DNA from: Candidatus Gottesmanbacteria bacterium
GTDB lineage: Bacteria; Patescibacteriota; Microgenomatia; UBA10105; UBA927
NCBI GenBank assembly: GCA_963701185.1
Contig: OY969569.1
Location: 383,054 to 447,053 of the forward strand
Length of the DNA: 64,000 nucleotides
Reading direction: 5' to 3'
The notes under the pieces were generated by a model. The model had not been told where the DNA came from, did no database searches, and saw only the letters and a program-made list of their open reading frames with translations. The position numbers and the translations under genes were made by a program. This document shows positions 51,212 to 64,000 of the stretch, one piece after another (positions within the stretch are counted from its first letter, which is position 1; each line of letters opens with the position of its first letter).

Positions 51212-52423
51212 TTATTTAAATGAACTGGTTAAATTGTAAATCGGCGTAATCACGGAAATGACGATAAATCCCACGCCCACACCCATAATGACCATGATAA
51301 TCGGCTCAATCGCCGTCGTGAGACCTTTGACTAATATTTCCGTCTCCGACTGGAAATATTTTGAAAGCTTTATCAGGGTCTCATCAAGTTTCCCGGTTTC
51401 TTCGCCGACCTTCATCATTTGGGAAACGATCGGCGGAAATACCGCATACCGGGCAAACGAATCTCCGAGCGGATATCCTTTCTCCACTTTTTTGGAAATT
51501 TCATCGATTGCATTCCGAAACACGACGTTCCCGAGAGAATTTTTCAGTATGTGCAGCCCCTCAAGAATATGGATGCCGGATGCCACAAGCATTCCGAGCG
51601 TCCGCGTAAAATCGACAAGTATGATTTTTTTCTGGAGTTCCCCAAACAAGGGAATTTTAAAGACAAGCTGGTCAACGACGAGTTCCCCGAAAGGAGTTTT
51701 TCGCCACCGCTGAAAGAGTACTGCTGCCGCTCCTATAACAAGAATCATGAACCACCAAAAACGGACAAAAAAATCCGACAGAGACATAAGGAATCGGGTA
51801 GTCAACGGAAGCTGGATATTAAAATCTTTATATAACCCCGTGAGTTTCGGCATCACGACGGTCATCATCACGAATATAACGCCGATCATACCAATGAGAA
51901 TGATCACCGGATAGATCATGGCGCCGGACACTTTTCCCCGGAAATCCCGTTGGGCTTCGAGTGTTTCGGACAGTCTGGTGAGAATCTCATCCAACGTCCC
52001 GGAGGATTCTCCTGCCCGTACCAGGGCAATATAGGTTGTTGAAAAGTACCGGGGATACTTGGCAAGTGCGTCACCGAGGTTGCCTCCCGATACAATCTGA
52101 TGTTCCATATCCAGCAATATGTCAGAAAAAACTTCGTTCGTCGTCTGGGTGCGCAGTATTGTCAGTGATTCAGGAAGCGACAATCCCGCGACAACCATCG
52201 TCGCAAGCTGCCTTGTGAAGTTAACAATATCGTTGAAGGTAACCCGCTTAAAGTGTTCCTGAATTTTGGCAAGCGAAATTCCCTCTTTCGATACGTGGAT
52301 CCCGACGACAAATAACTGTTTCTCATGAAGAAGACGAATAGCAACTTCCTGCGACGGGGCTTCTACCAGCCCTGTCACTGTTTTTCCGTCTCCTCCCCGT
52401 GCTTTGTACTGAAAAAATGGCAT
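51212..52423 (-). CDS. pilC: type IV pilus platform protein (T2SS-F family)
   Basis: FTRQLATM, GESSG.L, AMIYP, GEETG.L, IEP. Confidence 0.93.
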   Translation of the reverse strand: MPFFQYKARGGDGKTVTGLVEAPSQEVAIRLLHEKQLFVVGIHVSKEGISLAKIQEHFKRVTFNDIVNFTRQLATMVVAGLSLPESLTILRTQTTNEVFSDILLDMEHQIVSGGNLGDALAKYPRYFSTTYIALVRAGESSGTLDEILTRLSETLEAQRDFRGKVSGAMIYPVIILIGMIGVIFVMMTVVMPKLTGLYKDFNIQLPLTTRFLMSLSDFFVRFWWFMILVIGAAAVLFQRWRKTPFGELVVDQLVFKIPLFGELQKKIILVDFTRTLGMLVASGIHILEGLHILKNSLGNVVFRNAIDEISKKVEKGYPLGDSFARYAVFPPIVSQMMKVGEETGKLDETLIKLSKYFQSETEILVKGLTTAIEPIIMVIMGVGVGFIVISVITPIYNLTSSFK

Positions 52424-52429
52424 ACCCTT

Positions 52430-53485
52430 TTACCCTTGTTTAAGCAGTCGGTTTAATTCTTCCGGCTGCAGGGCATAACTTTGCGCCACCTCAAGGCTGA
52501 TCTTGCCTTCGCGGATCGCCCGGGCCAGCGCCCCCTCGAGGGTCACCATGCCGAGTTCCGCAGATGTCTGGATAATGTTATCAATAAGATGTGACTTGCC
52601 GTCGCGGATTGTCGTTTTAATGGCAGGCGTTGCGGTCATAATCTCCGCGACCGGCACCCGACCGCCCGAAATGGCGGGGATAAGCCGCTGGGACAATACG
52701 CCTTCAATAACAGCCGACAACTGCAGCCGGATCTGTATCTGCTGATTTTCCGGAAACACATCAACGATGCGGTCGATAGTTTGGCTCGCTGAATTGGTGT
52801 GAAGAGTCGCAAATACCAAATGCCCGGTTTCCGCAATGGTGAGGGCGGCCTGAATAGTCTCCAAATCCCGCATCTCGCCGATCAGGACCACATCGGGGTC
52901 TTCCCGAAGAACACTTCGCAGAGCCACGTTCCAGGAATGGGTATCCTGATGCATTTCCCGCTGGGAAATCACCGATACTCCCGGCGGATACACATATTCG
53001 ATGGGATCTTCGATGGTCACCACATGAACGGACCGCATCTGGTTAATCGTATTGATCATGGACGCAAGCGTTGTCGACTTTCCCTGACCGGTCGGACCGG
53101 TCACCAACACAAACCCCTGCCGGAGCTTCACAAACTCGTGACAGATGGACGGCAATCCCAATTCCTCGATTGACTTAATTTTGTCGGGAATGAGACGGAA
53201 ATCCGCGGCAACAGATTCTTTTTGATAATAGACGTTTGCACGGAACCGGTTTTTGCCGAATGCGACCGAATAATCAATCTCTTTATTCGTGAGAAATATA
53301 TCTTTTTCTCCCTCGGTAAACGTGGGGAAAATAAGCGATTCCGTATCCTGGGGGGTCAAAGGGGGAATATTGGGAATCGACACCAATTTTCCGGACACCC
53401 GCAGGACCGGCGGATACCCCACGACCAGATGGAGATCAGAGGCAGAAACCCGTAATGCTTCAGAAAATAATGCTTTAATATCCAT
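52430..53485 (-). CDS. pilT: type IV pilus retraction ATPase
   Basis: GPTGQGKSTT, TIEDPIE, LREDPD, AETGHLV. Confidence 0.94.
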   Translation of the reverse strand: MDIKALFSEALRVSASDLHLVVGYPPVLRVSGKLVSIPNIPPLTPQDTESLIFPTFTEGEKDIFLTNKEIDYSVAFGKNRFRANVYYQKESVAADFRLIPDKIKSIEELGLPSICHEFVKLRQGFVLVTGPTGQGKSTTLASMINTINQMRSVHVVTIEDPIEYVYPPGVSVISQREMHQDTHSWNVALRSVLREDPDVVLIGEMRDLETIQAALTIAETGHLVFATLHTNSASQTIDRIVDVFPENQQIQIRLQLSAVIEGVLSQRLIPAISGGRVPVAEIMTATPAIKTTIRDGKSHLIDNIIQTSAELGMVTLEGALARAIREGKISLEVAQSYALQPEELNRLLKQG

Positions 53486-53487
53486 AG

Positions 53488-55209
53488 TTAATCCTCCGCG
53501 ACCCGAAGCACTTCTTCTATCGTTGTTATCCCCTCAATCACTTTCATATAGCCATCCTGTTTTATCGTCATCATACCCTCCTTTACCGCTGCCTGCTGAA
53601 TGGCGTCCATTGATGCCCGTGTGGCGATCAATCGGGAAACTTCCATAGATATCGGCAATACTTCAAATATACCGATCCGGCCCAAATATCCGGTACCAAC
53701 ACAGGCACTACACGGTGCGCCATTGACCGTTCCTTTTCCCCGGTATAATTTCAGGGAGGCCCCTTTTGATAATAGCACACCCAAAACTTCGGTCATATCT
53801 TTTTTCACTGCTTCCTCCGGATCATATTCTTCTTTACAGGTCGGGCAAATTTTGCGGGCGATCCGCTGACCCACAACGCAATTGAGGCTGGAAACGATAA
53901 GGAACGGTTCGGCTCCCAGGTCGAGAAGTCGCGGAATGGCACCCGCCGCATTGTTCGTATGGAGTGTCGAAAATACGATATGCCCGGTAAGCGCCGCCTG
54001 AATGGCAAGCTCTGTGGTTTCCCGGTCGCGGATTTCTCCCACAAGAATAACATTGGGATCCTGACGCAAAAACGCCCTCAGGCCAGTGGCGAATGTGAGT
54101 CCGGCCGTAGGATTAATCTGTACTTGATTGACACCGGGAATTTCGTACTCAACCGGATCCTCAAGCGTCATAATGTTCACCCGCGTGTTATTTAACTTCG
54201 ACAACACAGCATAGAGTGTTGTTGTTTTTCCACTCCCGGTCGGGCCGGTAACGAGGATAATGCCGTGCGGGCGGGTGATCTGCGCTTCCAGATTTTTGAG
54301 CGCAAGGCCGCGCAGTCCCAACTCCGGGAGTGTCGGAATCCCGCCGGATTTTTTAAGGAGGCGCATAACGATTTTCTCCCCGTGTACGGTCGGCAGCGTG
54401 GATACACGAAGATCCACTTCTTCCTCACCCATTTTAAAGTTAAAGCGGCCGTCCTGGGGAATACGTTTTTCATCAATTTTCATGTCTGCAAGAATTTTGA
54501 TACGCGAGACCACGGCATCCTGCAGGCGCTTGGGCAGAACCAATCGCTCCTGCAATATACCGTCCACCCGATAGCGGACGCGGGTTTCGCCGACCTGCGG
54601 CTCAATATGGACATCCGATGCGCGAAGGTGGATGGCCTGCTCAAGGGTCGCCGAAACAATTTGGGCAATGGGTGCCTCACGGATCACTTCACCCAACCGA
54701 CCCGCCTCGTATGTTTTGACTTCGGGTTCGATTGATTCCTTCAGGGCCGCCGTAACATCCTCACCGAGATTCTGTGAGTACGTTTCTTCTATAGCACTCA
54801 AGATATCGTCTTTGAGTGCCATAAAGGGGTGAATCCGTTTCCCTGATTTCTTTTCGATAAATTCGATCACCTGAAAATCCAACGGATCGACCATGGCGAC
54901 GGACAGCTCGCTGGCTTCGGCGTCAAATTCAAACGGGATGAGAACGTATCGCCGGGCCACGGGTTCCGAAATGAAATTACCGATCGCCGGAGCAATCGCC
55001 CGTCCCGCAAGCGTGACAAACGGGACATTTAATGCTTTCGCCTTTGCTTTGGCAAGATCCCCCTCGGTGACCAACCGTTTTTTGACAAGAATATCTTCAG
55101 CAGGAGCCCCGGTAGACAGGGATTCCGTCATCACCGCATCTGCCTGCGCCTGAGCGATACGGCCGTCGGCGACGAGTGCGGTGAGAATTGATTGGGCAGT
55201 TGCGGGCAT
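53488..55209 (-). CDS. pilB: type IV pilus assembly ATPase (GspE/PilB)
   Basis: ASDVHIEP, PQDGR, GPTGSGKTT, LRQDP, Zn-binding Cys pairs. Confidence 0.94.
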   Translation of the reverse strand: MPATAQSILTALVADGRIAQAQADAVMTESLSTGAPAEDILVKKRLVTEGDLAKAKAKALNVPFVTLAGRAIAPAIGNFISEPVARRYVLIPFEFDAEASELSVAMVDPLDFQVIEFIEKKSGKRIHPFMALKDDILSAIEETYSQNLGEDVTAALKESIEPEVKTYEAGRLGEVIREAPIAQIVSATLEQAIHLRASDVHIEPQVGETRVRYRVDGILQERLVLPKRLQDAVVSRIKILADMKIDEKRIPQDGRFNFKMGEEEVDLRVSTLPTVHGEKIVMRLLKKSGGIPTLPELGLRGLALKNLEAQITRPHGIILVTGPTGSGKTTTLYAVLSKLNNTRVNIMTLEDPVEYEIPGVNQVQINPTAGLTFATGLRAFLRQDPNVILVGEIRDRETTELAIQAALTGHIVFSTLHTNNAAGAIPRLLDLGAEPFLIVSSLNCVVGQRIARKICPTCKEEYDPEEAVKKDMTEVLGVLLSKGASLKLYRGKGTVNGAPCSACVGTGYLGRIGIFEVLPISMEVSRLIATRASMDAIQQAAVKEGMMTIKQDGYMKVIEGITTIEEVLRVAED

Positions 55210-55223
55210 AGTACAATACCATT

Positions 55224-55838
55224 ATGCATGCTTTCCTTCTTGTTGGCAATAATCCTCAAGAAGAACTGGAATCCCGTGTTGCCGCATGGAAAATTTCTCC
55301 ATGGGACATACACCGGCCAGGAGGCGCAGGCATTGCGGATATCCGCGCGTTGTGCCGCGACCTGTCTCTCGCCCCGCGCGGCTACGAGCACGTAGGCATT
55401 ATCGAACACATGGAGCTTCTGACTCCTGAAGCGCAAAATGCGCTTTTAAAAACACTCGAAGAGCCCCCGCCGCATACATATATTATAGGGACCACTCACA
55501 TGCCAGAGGCGCTCTTGCCCACCGTCCGGTCACGGATGACTATTATTACAGTAAAAAATACTATCAAAAAGTCAGATGCAACAAGTCTATTAAAATTATT
55601 ACAGGAGTCTGCAGGGCAACGCCTCTCAACGCTTGAACCGTTTGTTGCCACGCGCGACGATGCGAAAATTTTTGTCACCGCGCTTCTTGATGCAACCCAT
55701 GAAGAACTTCTCACACATCCATCACCGCGCCTTACCAAACTCATCCGAAATCTCCTCGCCGCCCAGTCCCAACTCGCGGTCAACGTCAATCCGCGGCTGG
55801 TTGTCGACAACGCAGTACTACAAGGAGAGTCCTCGTAG
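55224..55838 (+). CDS. DNA polymerase III delta-prime-like clamp-loader subunit (short)
   Basis: MHAFLL, LT.EAQNALLKTLEEPP, LLPTVRSR, NVNPRL. Confidence 0.75.
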   Translation: MHAFLLVGNNPQEELESRVAAWKISPWDIHRPGGAGIADIRALCRDLSLAPRGYEHVGIIEHMELLTPEAQNALLKTLEEPPPHTYIIGTTHMPEALLPTVRSRMTIITVKNTIKKSDATSLLKLLQESAGQRLSTLEPFVATRDDAKIFVTALLDATHEELLTHPSPRLTKLIRNLLAAQSQLAVNVNPRLVVDNAVLQGESS

Positions 55839-55871
55839 TCCTGTTTTAATGTTTTAAAACATTAAAACAAA
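55818..55871 (+). repeat. 54-bp composite repeat (REP unit plus 28-bp palindrome copy 2 at 55842-55869)
   Basis: CTACAAGGAGAGTCCTCGTAG-TCC-TGTTTTAATGTTTTAAAACATTAAAACA-AA; supplies the TAG stop of the upstream gene. Confidence 0.9.
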
Positions 55872-55941
55872 GTTCACCAATCCACCCGGAGGGTGTATTG
55901 TCTAATTGTGTTACACTAAAGTATAGGAGGTACGTAGTACT

Positions 55942-56463
55942 ATGGCAGAATTTCCAATCAAAGATTTACCAATCGGTCCGAACCCCGGTCAACAAAACAT
56001 GGATAAAGTTGTTGCTAGTATAAATGATATGGTAAGAACAAAAATGGGAGCCTTGCCGGACACAGGACCAGCAGGTAGACATTTTCTTGATGGCGAGCAC
56101 AGTTTCTTTGGCTATAACGGCGTTGTTGTCCGTGAAGGGAAAATTGTATCATTGGTAAATCTCAATGGGGATGAGGATATTCCGCCTATCAATTTGGATA
56201 CGGAAATCACGATAGAAGGAGATTCGCGAGGGTATGTCAGTTCCGGGCATAAGCCTGGGGATAGAGTAAAAGTTATAGGATTTATTGAGCCCAATTTTAA
56301 AGCGGCAGAAGGCATACGGTCTTCCGACAAAATAATACAAGTGGAGGGGGCTGGAACAGTCGGATGGATAAAACCATCAGAATTTGACAAACAACTTCTC
56401 AAAAAACAACAGGAAGAAGAGATTGGGAAATTGTTTAATCCACCTAAACAGGAAGAGGGTTAG
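55942..56463 (+). CDS. hypothetical protein lying between the two composite repeats
   Basis: AGGAGG RBS; 173 aa; AT-rich codon usage. Confidence 0.65.
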   Translation: MAEFPIKDLPIGPNPGQQNMDKVVASINDMVRTKMGALPDTGPAGRHFLDGEHSFFGYNGVVVREGKIVSLVNLNGDEDIPPINLDTEITIEGDSRGYVSSGHKPGDRVKVIGFIEPNFKAAEGIRSSDKIIQVEGAGTVGWIKPSEFDKQLLKKQQEEEIGKLFNPPKQEEG

Positions 56464-56549
56464 GTTCCTTTATTTTCTAGCACCAGCACCGCCAGGAGCT
56501 AAAACCCCGGAAAAAACTTTTGATTTTTGTTCATTAAATATTTTCATAA

Positions 56550-56604
56550 CCTACGAGGATACTCCTCGTAGGCCTGTTTTAATGTTTTAAAACATTAAAA
56601 CAAA
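56550..56604 (+). repeat. composite repeat (REP unit plus 28-bp palindrome copy 3 at 56575-56602)
   Basis: CCTACGAGGA-TAC-TCCTCGTAGG-CC-TGTTTTAATGTTTTAAAACATTAAAACA-AA; 50/54 identical to 55818-55871. Confidence 0.9.
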
Positions 56605-56624
56605 CGTTATGATATATTTAGCGC

Positions 56625-56897
56625 ATGACAGAGCGAAAAGACATATATTTAGATAATTTTGAACAGCTTTGTCCATTAGTGAAAATAGGATGGATGCCGC
56701 TCTATCCTACGGGAAGTAATCCGCAAAATATAAATATCTTACTGACAAAGGAATTTCCTGAATTTCAGGATAAAGAAACTGAGGGCGCTGCTGCGGATGC
56801 CGTAGCTATGACGTGCTCCGATTGTGAGTATGCACATTCAAACCCCCTAACAAACACAGTATGTTTTTCTAATCAAGGAGTTCCGGAAATAGTGTAA
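56625..56897 (+). CDS. hypothetical Cys-containing protein
   Basis: 90 aa, CP...CSDC...C. Confidence 0.5.
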   Translation: MTERKDIYLDNFEQLCPLVKIGWMPLYPTGSNPQNINILLTKEFPEFQDKETEGAAADAVAMTCSDCEYAHSNPLTNTVCFSNQGVPEIV

Positions 56898-56993
56898 CAG
56901 CAGTTATATATGTATCTGTTAAAGGAATTGAAGTGTAAGAAATTTGATTCGTTTGCCTAGACAACCATCCTCAAGTATTGTACAATGATTTAG

Positions 56994-58946
<1,953 letters not shown>

Positions 58947-59032
58947 TATGAGCTAGCTGACACGTCCGTGGCATCGGGGCAAAAAATGCAACATTGGATA
59001 TATAATGGTTGAAATTATTTGAAAGGAGTTCT

Positions 59033-61045
59033 ATGAATCTTATAACACTATCACTTATTGCCGGCGCTGCATCTGTCCTGTACGGTTTATTTTTGGCGGC
59101 GAAAATTATTAAACTTCCGACGGGCACACCCGACATGAATGCCATCGCCGATGCCATAGCAGAAGGCGCGCAGGCATTCCTCAGGCGGCAATATACAACG
59201 ATCGGACTTCTTTCGGTTGCCATTATTATCCTTTTATACGTTGCCCTTGGCATGTATTCCGCCGTCGCGTTCGCAATTGGTGCGCTGTTGAGCGCCACTG
59301 CGGGATTTATCGGCATGAATATCTCCGTCCGGGCAAATATCCGTACGGCAGAAGCCGCTAAAACCGGACTGGCCGAGGCTCTCGGCGTGGCATTTTCCGG
59401 CGGATCCGTCACCGGACTCATGGTCGCGGGTCTCGCGCTTCTTTCCGTTGCCATAACCTATCTTGTGATCGGCCGCGGCGCTGCGTCCGGCTTTGACCTT
59501 AAACCGCTCGTGGCTCTCGGGTTCGGCGGATCGCTCATTTCAGTATTTGCACGTCTCGGGGGCGGCATTTACACCAAAGGCGCGGATGTCGGTACGGATA
59601 TGGTCGGAAAAATCGAAAAAGGCATTCCTGAGGATGATCCGAGAAACCCCGGCGTAATTGCGGATCTGGTCGGCGATAATGTCGGCGATGATGCCGGCAT
59701 GGCCGCGGATTTATTTGAAACGTACGTTGTCACGGCTGTCGCTGCGATCCTGTTGGGGCATCTCTTATTACCCGGATTTACAAACGCGCTTTTCTTCCCC
59801 ATGGCGGTCGGAGCGGCGGGCATTGTCGCTTCCATTGTAGGAACCTGGTTCGTGACGCTCGGGAAAAATAAAAAAATAATGCCTGCGCTCTATAAAGGGC
59901 TTCTCACTGCGGCATTAGTATCTGCCGTTCTTTTTTATATGATCACGAATGTGCTCATGACCGGCAACGGCCTTTATTCAAACATGAATTTGTTTCTTGC
60001 GAGCCTTATCGGCATCATGGTTACGATCGGGATGGTCGCCATAACCGAGTTTTATACGTCGAAAGCCTATGGCTCCGTCAAACATCTGGCCGAAGCCAGC
60101 ACGACGGGACACGGAACCAATATCATCGCAGGACTCGCGCTTTCCATGAAATCAACCCTGCCGGCGGTACTTCTTATCGCGGCGGCAATGCTTGGCGCAT
60201 ATGCCCTTGCCGATCTCTACGGCATTGCCGTGGCAGCTATGGCCATGATATCGCTCACAGGCATTGTGGTTGCGATTGACGCATTCGGTCCGATTACGGA
60301 TAACGCAGGCGGCATTGCGGAAATGACCAACCAGCCTGAAAAAGTGCGTGCCATCACGGATGCACTGGACGCCGTGGGCAATACGACCAAAGCAGTGACA
60401 AAATCCTACGCCATCGCATCGGCAGGACTAGCTGCACTCGTCCTGTTTGCCTCCTACACGCAGGAACTCACAGGGGCAAATGCAGGACTGACGTTCAGCC
60501 TGTCTGATCCCAATGTCGTCGTAGGACTTCTCATCGGTGCCTCCCTGCCGTATGTCTTCGGTGCGCTTGCCATGGAAGCCGTCGGAAAGGCAGCCGGAGC
60601 CATTGTCGTTGAAGTACGCAGACAATTTAAAACATTGAAAGGGATTATGACGGGAAAACAAAAACCAGAATACGGACGTGCGGTTGATATTGTTACGACT
60701 GCCGCCCTTCATGAAATGATTGTGCCTGCACTTCTTCCTGTTGCGGCACCAATTGCGGTCGGATTTTTGTTGGGACCGTCCGCGCTCGGAGGGCTGCTCA
60801 TGGGAACCATTGTCACGGGCTTGTTTGTCGCCCTCTCGATGACAACCGGCGGAGCGGCCTGGGATAACGCGAAAAAGTATATTGAGGAAGGGCATCTGGG
60901 CGGCAAAGGTTCACCGGCTCATCAGGCAGCAGTCACCGGAGATACGGTCGGAGATCCGTACAAAGATACAGCGGGGCCTGCCATTAATCCCATGATTAAG
61001 GTCGCCAATATCGTTGCATTGCTCATTGCCGGGTTTTTACGATAA
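59033..61045 (+). CDS. hppA: membrane-bound H+-translocating pyrophosphatase, K+-independent type
   Basis: [26 protein letters not shown] (Lys determinant), [10 protein letters not shown]. Confidence 0.93.
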   Translation: MNLITLSLIAGAASVLYGLFLAAKIIKLPTGTPDMNAIADAIAEGAQAFLRRQYTTIGLLSVAIIILLYVALGMYSAVAFAIGALLSATAGFIGMNISVRANIRTAEAAKTGLAEALGVAFSGGSVTGLMVAGLALLSVAITYLVIGRGAASGFDLKPLVALGFGGSLISVFARLGGGIYTKGADVGTDMVGKIEKGIPEDDPRNPGVIADLVGDNVGDDAGMAADLFETYVVTAVAAILLGHLLLPGFTNALFFPMAVGAAGIVASIVGTWFVTLGKNKKIMPALYKGLLTAALVSAVLFYMITNVLMTGNGLYSNMNLFLASLIGIMVTIGMVAITEFYTSKAYGSVKHLAEASTTGHGTNIIAGLALSMKSTLPAVLLIAAAMLGAYALADLYGIAVAAMAMISLTGIVVAIDAFGPITDNAGGIAEMTNQPEKVRAITDALDAVGNTTKAVTKSYAIASAGLAALVLFASYTQELTGANAGLTFSLSDPNVVVGLLIGASLPYVFGALAMEAVGKAAGAIVVEVRRQFKTLKGIMTGKQKPEYGRAVDIVTTAALHEMIVPALLPVAAPIAVGFLLGPSALGGLLMGTIVTGLFVALSMTTGGAAWDNAKKYIEEGHLGGKGSPAHQAAVTGDTVGDPYKDTAGPAINPMIKVANIVALLIAGFLR

Positions 61046-61049
61046 AGAT

Positions 61050-63566
61050 ATGAACATCGGGAAAGTTAACCAATCGGAAATTACGCATGAAATGCAGAAG
61101 TCGTATCTGGACTATGCAATGAGCGTCATCGTGGCGCGTGCCCTTCCGGACGTGCGTGACGGCATGAAACCCGTCCATCGGCGCATTCTTTTCGCCATGC
61201 ACCAGACGGGGCTTCACCACACGAGCAAATACAAAAAAAGCGCGTCGGTCGTGGGAGAAGTACTCGGAAAATATCATCCGCACGGAGACGCACCCGTCTA
61301 TGAAGCAATGGTACGCCTCGCACAGGAATTTTCCATGCGGTACCGGCTCATCGACGGTCAGGGTAATTACGGCTCCATTGACGGCGACCCTCCTGCCGCC
61401 ATGCGGTACACCGAGTGTCGGCTGGCTGCAATTTCCGATGAAATGCTTCTGGATATTGAAAAGGAAACGGTGGAGTTTACCCCGAATTTTGACGGATCGA
61501 TCAATGAACCCGTGTATCTCCCTGCAAAACTGCCGAACCTGCTCCTGATGGGCAGCGAGGGCATTGCCGTGGGCATGGCGACCAAAATCCCGCCGCACAA
61601 TCTCACGGAGGTAGCTTCAGCCATCGCGGCGCTCATCGACACGGTCAAGCTGACGAAGAAAAAGGCAACCGAGGGAGTAAGCGAGATAAAAACAGATACG
61701 CAGTTTTCATTCGATATCACGACTGACCAGCTCATGGAACACATCCAGGGGCCGGATTTCCCGACTGCGGGCGCCATTTATGACATTAATGAGATTAAGC
61801 TGGCCTACACGACAGGCCGCGGCAAAATCGTCATGCGGGGCAAGGCTGAAATAGAGGATATCGGTCAGGGAAAAAGCGCCATCGCCATTACGGAACTTCC
61901 GTACCAGGTGAATAAAGCAGTGCTGGTCGCCAGAATCGCCGAGCTTGTGCGGGAGAAAAAACTTGACGGCATTTCGGACCTCCGCGATGAGTCCGACCGC
62001 CGCGGCATCCGCGTGTACGTCGAACTCAAGCGCGATGCCCGGCCCAAACAGGTCCTCAACAATCTCTATAAATACACGGCGCTTCAGACCACATTTCCGG
62101 TTAATATGGTCGCACTCGTTGATAATACACCGCAGACCTGCTCCCTTAAGCTTATTTTGGAAGAATACGTCAAACACCGCCATGACATCGTGCGCCGCCG
62201 CAGTGTTTTTGAACTGAAGGAAGCCCGCGCCCGCGAACACATTCTGGAGGGCCTCAAAATTGCCGTCGACCACATCGACGAGGTCATCTCCATTATTAAA
62301 AAAAGCAAAGACGCCGATGAAGCAAAGGTCAAATTGATGAGCAAATTCAAGCTCTCCGATATCCAGACCACTGCAATTTTGGATATGCAGCTGCGGCGCC
62401 TCGCGGCCCTCGAACGGCAAAAAATCGAAGACGAACTGGCGATGATCCGGGAAACCATCAGCTACCTCGAGGACCTTTTGGCCCACCCGCAAAAAATATT
62501 AAAAGTCGTCAAGGACGAGCTTAATAAATTAAAAGAAAAATACGGTGATCAGCGAAAAACCCGCGTATTTAAGAGTAAAGTCGGCGAGTTTTCCGAAGAA
62601 CAGCTGATTGCCAATGAGGATGTCATTATCACGATGAGCGAGTCCGGGTATATCAAGAGACTCCCGCGCGGCACGTTTAAAATGCAGGAGCGAGGCGGCA
62701 AAGGCGTCATCGGCATGACGACCAAAGAAGAAGATACGATTGATAAAATCCTCACCGCACAAACCCACGACAACATGCTCTTTTTTACCGACCGCGGACG
62801 GGTATACCAGGTGCGTGTGTGGGATATCCCTGAGACCAGCCGGCAAGCCAAAGGCCAGGCGGTCGTCAACCTCATCAATATCGAATCGGGAGAAAAAGTG
62901 ACATCCGTACTTACCTACAGTTTGAAGCGCGATGAGCAGAAAGAATCCGGCGTCAAATTTATTCTCATGGCGACCAAACACGGCACCATCAAAAAATCAA
63001 AGTTGACGGAATACGAAAATATCCGCCGCAGCGGCCTGGTAGCAATTAAATTAGAAAAGGATGATGAACTGACCTGGGCCCGCGTAACCGGCGGGGCAGA
63101 CGATATTCTTCTCGTGTCTCACGAGGGTAAATCCATCAGGTTTGTTGAAACAGAAGTCCGGCCGACGGCCCGCGATACCATGGGGGTACGCGGAATACTT
63201 TTGAAAGGCTCCGACTTCGTCGTGAGCGTGGACGTCATCAATGACGAAACGAAGAAAGCGGATTTTCTCACGATTATGGAAAAGGGAATCGGTAAAAAAA
63301 CAGCGATCAAGGATTTTCCCCGCCAGAGGCGGGGCGGGCAGGGCGTGAAAGTCGCCGAGGTCAAAGACCGGACCGGCAAGGTCGTCGTCTCTCAAATTGT
63401 TCCCGCCGACACCGACAGCGTGATTTTGACATCCATGAAAGGCCAGGTCGTCAAGCTTCCGATTAACTCCGTGCCCCGCCTCGGCCGCGCAACGTCGGGA
63501 GTGATCTTAATGCGCTTCGCCGACAAAAGTGATACGATAGCCGCCGCCACGTGTTTGACGAAATAA
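61050..63566 (+). CDS. gyrA: DNA gyrase subunit A
   Basis: [24 protein letters not shown], GyrA-box QERGGKG. Confidence 0.97.
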   Translation: MNIGKVNQSEITHEMQKSYLDYAMSVIVARALPDVRDGMKPVHRRILFAMHQTGLHHTSKYKKSASVVGEVLGKYHPHGDAPVYEAMVRLAQEFSMRYRLIDGQGNYGSIDGDPPAAMRYTECRLAAISDEMLLDIEKETVEFTPNFDGSINEPVYLPAKLPNLLLMGSEGIAVGMATKIPPHNLTEVASAIAALIDTVKLTKKKATEGVSEIKTDTQFSFDITTDQLMEHIQGPDFPTAGAIYDINEIKLAYTTGRGKIVMRGKAEIEDIGQGKSAIAITELPYQVNKAVLVARIAELVREKKLDGISDLRDESDRRGIRVYVELKRDARPKQVLNNLYKYTALQTTFPVNMVALVDNTPQTCSLKLILEEYVKHRHDIVRRRSVFELKEARAREHILEGLKIAVDHIDEVISIIKKSKDADEAKVKLMSKFKLSDIQTTAILDMQLRRLAALERQKIEDELAMIRETISYLEDLLAHPQKILKVVKDELNKLKEKYGDQRKTRVFKSKVGEFSEEQLIANEDVIITMSESGYIKRLPRGTFKMQERGGKGVIGMTTKEEDTIDKILTAQTHDNMLFFTDRGRVYQVRVWDIPETSRQAKGQAVVNLINIESGEKVTSVLTYSLKRDEQKESGVKFILMATKHGTIKKSKLTEYENIRRSGLVAIKLEKDDELTWARVTGGADDILLVSHEGKSIRFVETEVRPTARDTMGVRGILLKGSDFVVSVDVINDETKKADFLTIMEKGIGKKTAIKDFPRQRRGGQGVKVAEVKDRTGKVVVSQIVPADTDSVILTSMKGQVVKLPINSVPRLGRATSGVILMRFADKSDTIAAATCLTK

Positions 63567-63569
63567 ACT

Positions 63570-63839
63570 ATGGAAATAAAAGAACTTGGTACACCTCCAT
63601 ACAAAGTAAGCAATGGGTACATACCGGATCTTCATGCCGGCAACGAACAATTTTCAACAGCGCCAGATTTCTTACACGCTTTAGATATTCTTAGGGATAT
63701 TAGTGAAAATGGAGAAGATAAAAAACCGTATGTCATTGATGCAAAAAACCAAAAAGTAGTTGATTTAACTAGTGACAATGGCGTGCAATTACTCAATAAT
63801 TTCATTACTGAATTGCAAAAAGGAAATATTCATATTTAA
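63570..63839 (+). CDS. hypothetical protein
   Basis: 89 aa, AT-rich orphan after gyrA. Confidence 0.5.
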   Translation: MEIKELGTPPYKVSNGYIPDLHAGNEQFSTAPDFLHALDILRDISENGEDKKPYVIDAKNQKVVDLTSDNGVQLLNNFITELQKGNIHI

Positions 63840-63851
63840 TCTCTTAAACGT

Positions 63852-63879
63852 TGTTTTAATGTTTTAAAACATTAAAACA
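63852..63879. repeat. 28-bp perfect AT-rich palindrome, copy 4
   Basis: TGTTTTAATGTTTTAAAACATTAAAACA between convergent ORFs. Confidence 0.92.
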
Positions 63880-64000
63880 TGGAGCCATGGATTGTTTTTG
63901 ACCATTCTTTTTCCGACAATAGACCGCGCAATAATCCTTCCAAATTATCAAAAAACTTCACCCACTTTTCTTCCTTTCCTATGTACTTCAGAGCACGTCT
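63872..64000 (-). CDS. 3' end of a CDS running in from the right edge (partial)
   Basis: RRALKYIGKEEKWVKFFDNLEGLLRGLLSEKEWSKTIHGSMF*; stop lies inside the palindrome. Confidence 0.4.
   Translation of the reverse strand, partial: RRALKYIGKEEKWVKFFDNLEGLLRGLLSEKEWSKTIHGSMF

Noticed and set aside
55818-56604. Composite repeats as CRISPR or classical integron attC sites
   Set aside because: Spacing is about 730 bp, no convincing RYYYAAC/GTTRRRY ends were seen, and there is no intI in the window; kept only as cassette-like.

Overview
Bacterial chromosomal window. Gene content and style suggest a Patescibacteria/CPR (Microgenomates-like) genome, by inference: PheT lacks the OB/B2 domain, trigger factor lacks the FKBP domain, and there is a large type IV pilus cluster, a sortase with LPXTG proteins and an H+-PPase. 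In order: a RAYT/IS200-type HUH transposase flanked by two 32-bp palindromes; four tRNAs, with a 1-kb island at tRNA-Leu; a sortase/adhesin locus; thrS-infC-rpmI-rplT-pheS-pheT; a class A PBP; an aromatic amino-acid operon followed by tyrS; recG-rpmF-nusB-rnc-rpsP-khpA-trmD; a type IV pilus cluster with two embedded GT-C glycosyltransferases; and gyrB (frameshifted)-hppA-gyrA. Most notable: (1) a REP-like palindrome family that flanks the transposase also sits in-frame inside pheT (twice) and the sortase, and supplies stop codons; (2) a separate 28-bp perfect palindrome occurs in 4 identical copies and, with the REP unit, forms 54-bp direct repeats around an orphan gene; (3) two homologous unannotated leader-peptide attenuators (FF and FFYYF) precede pheST and the aromatic operon.
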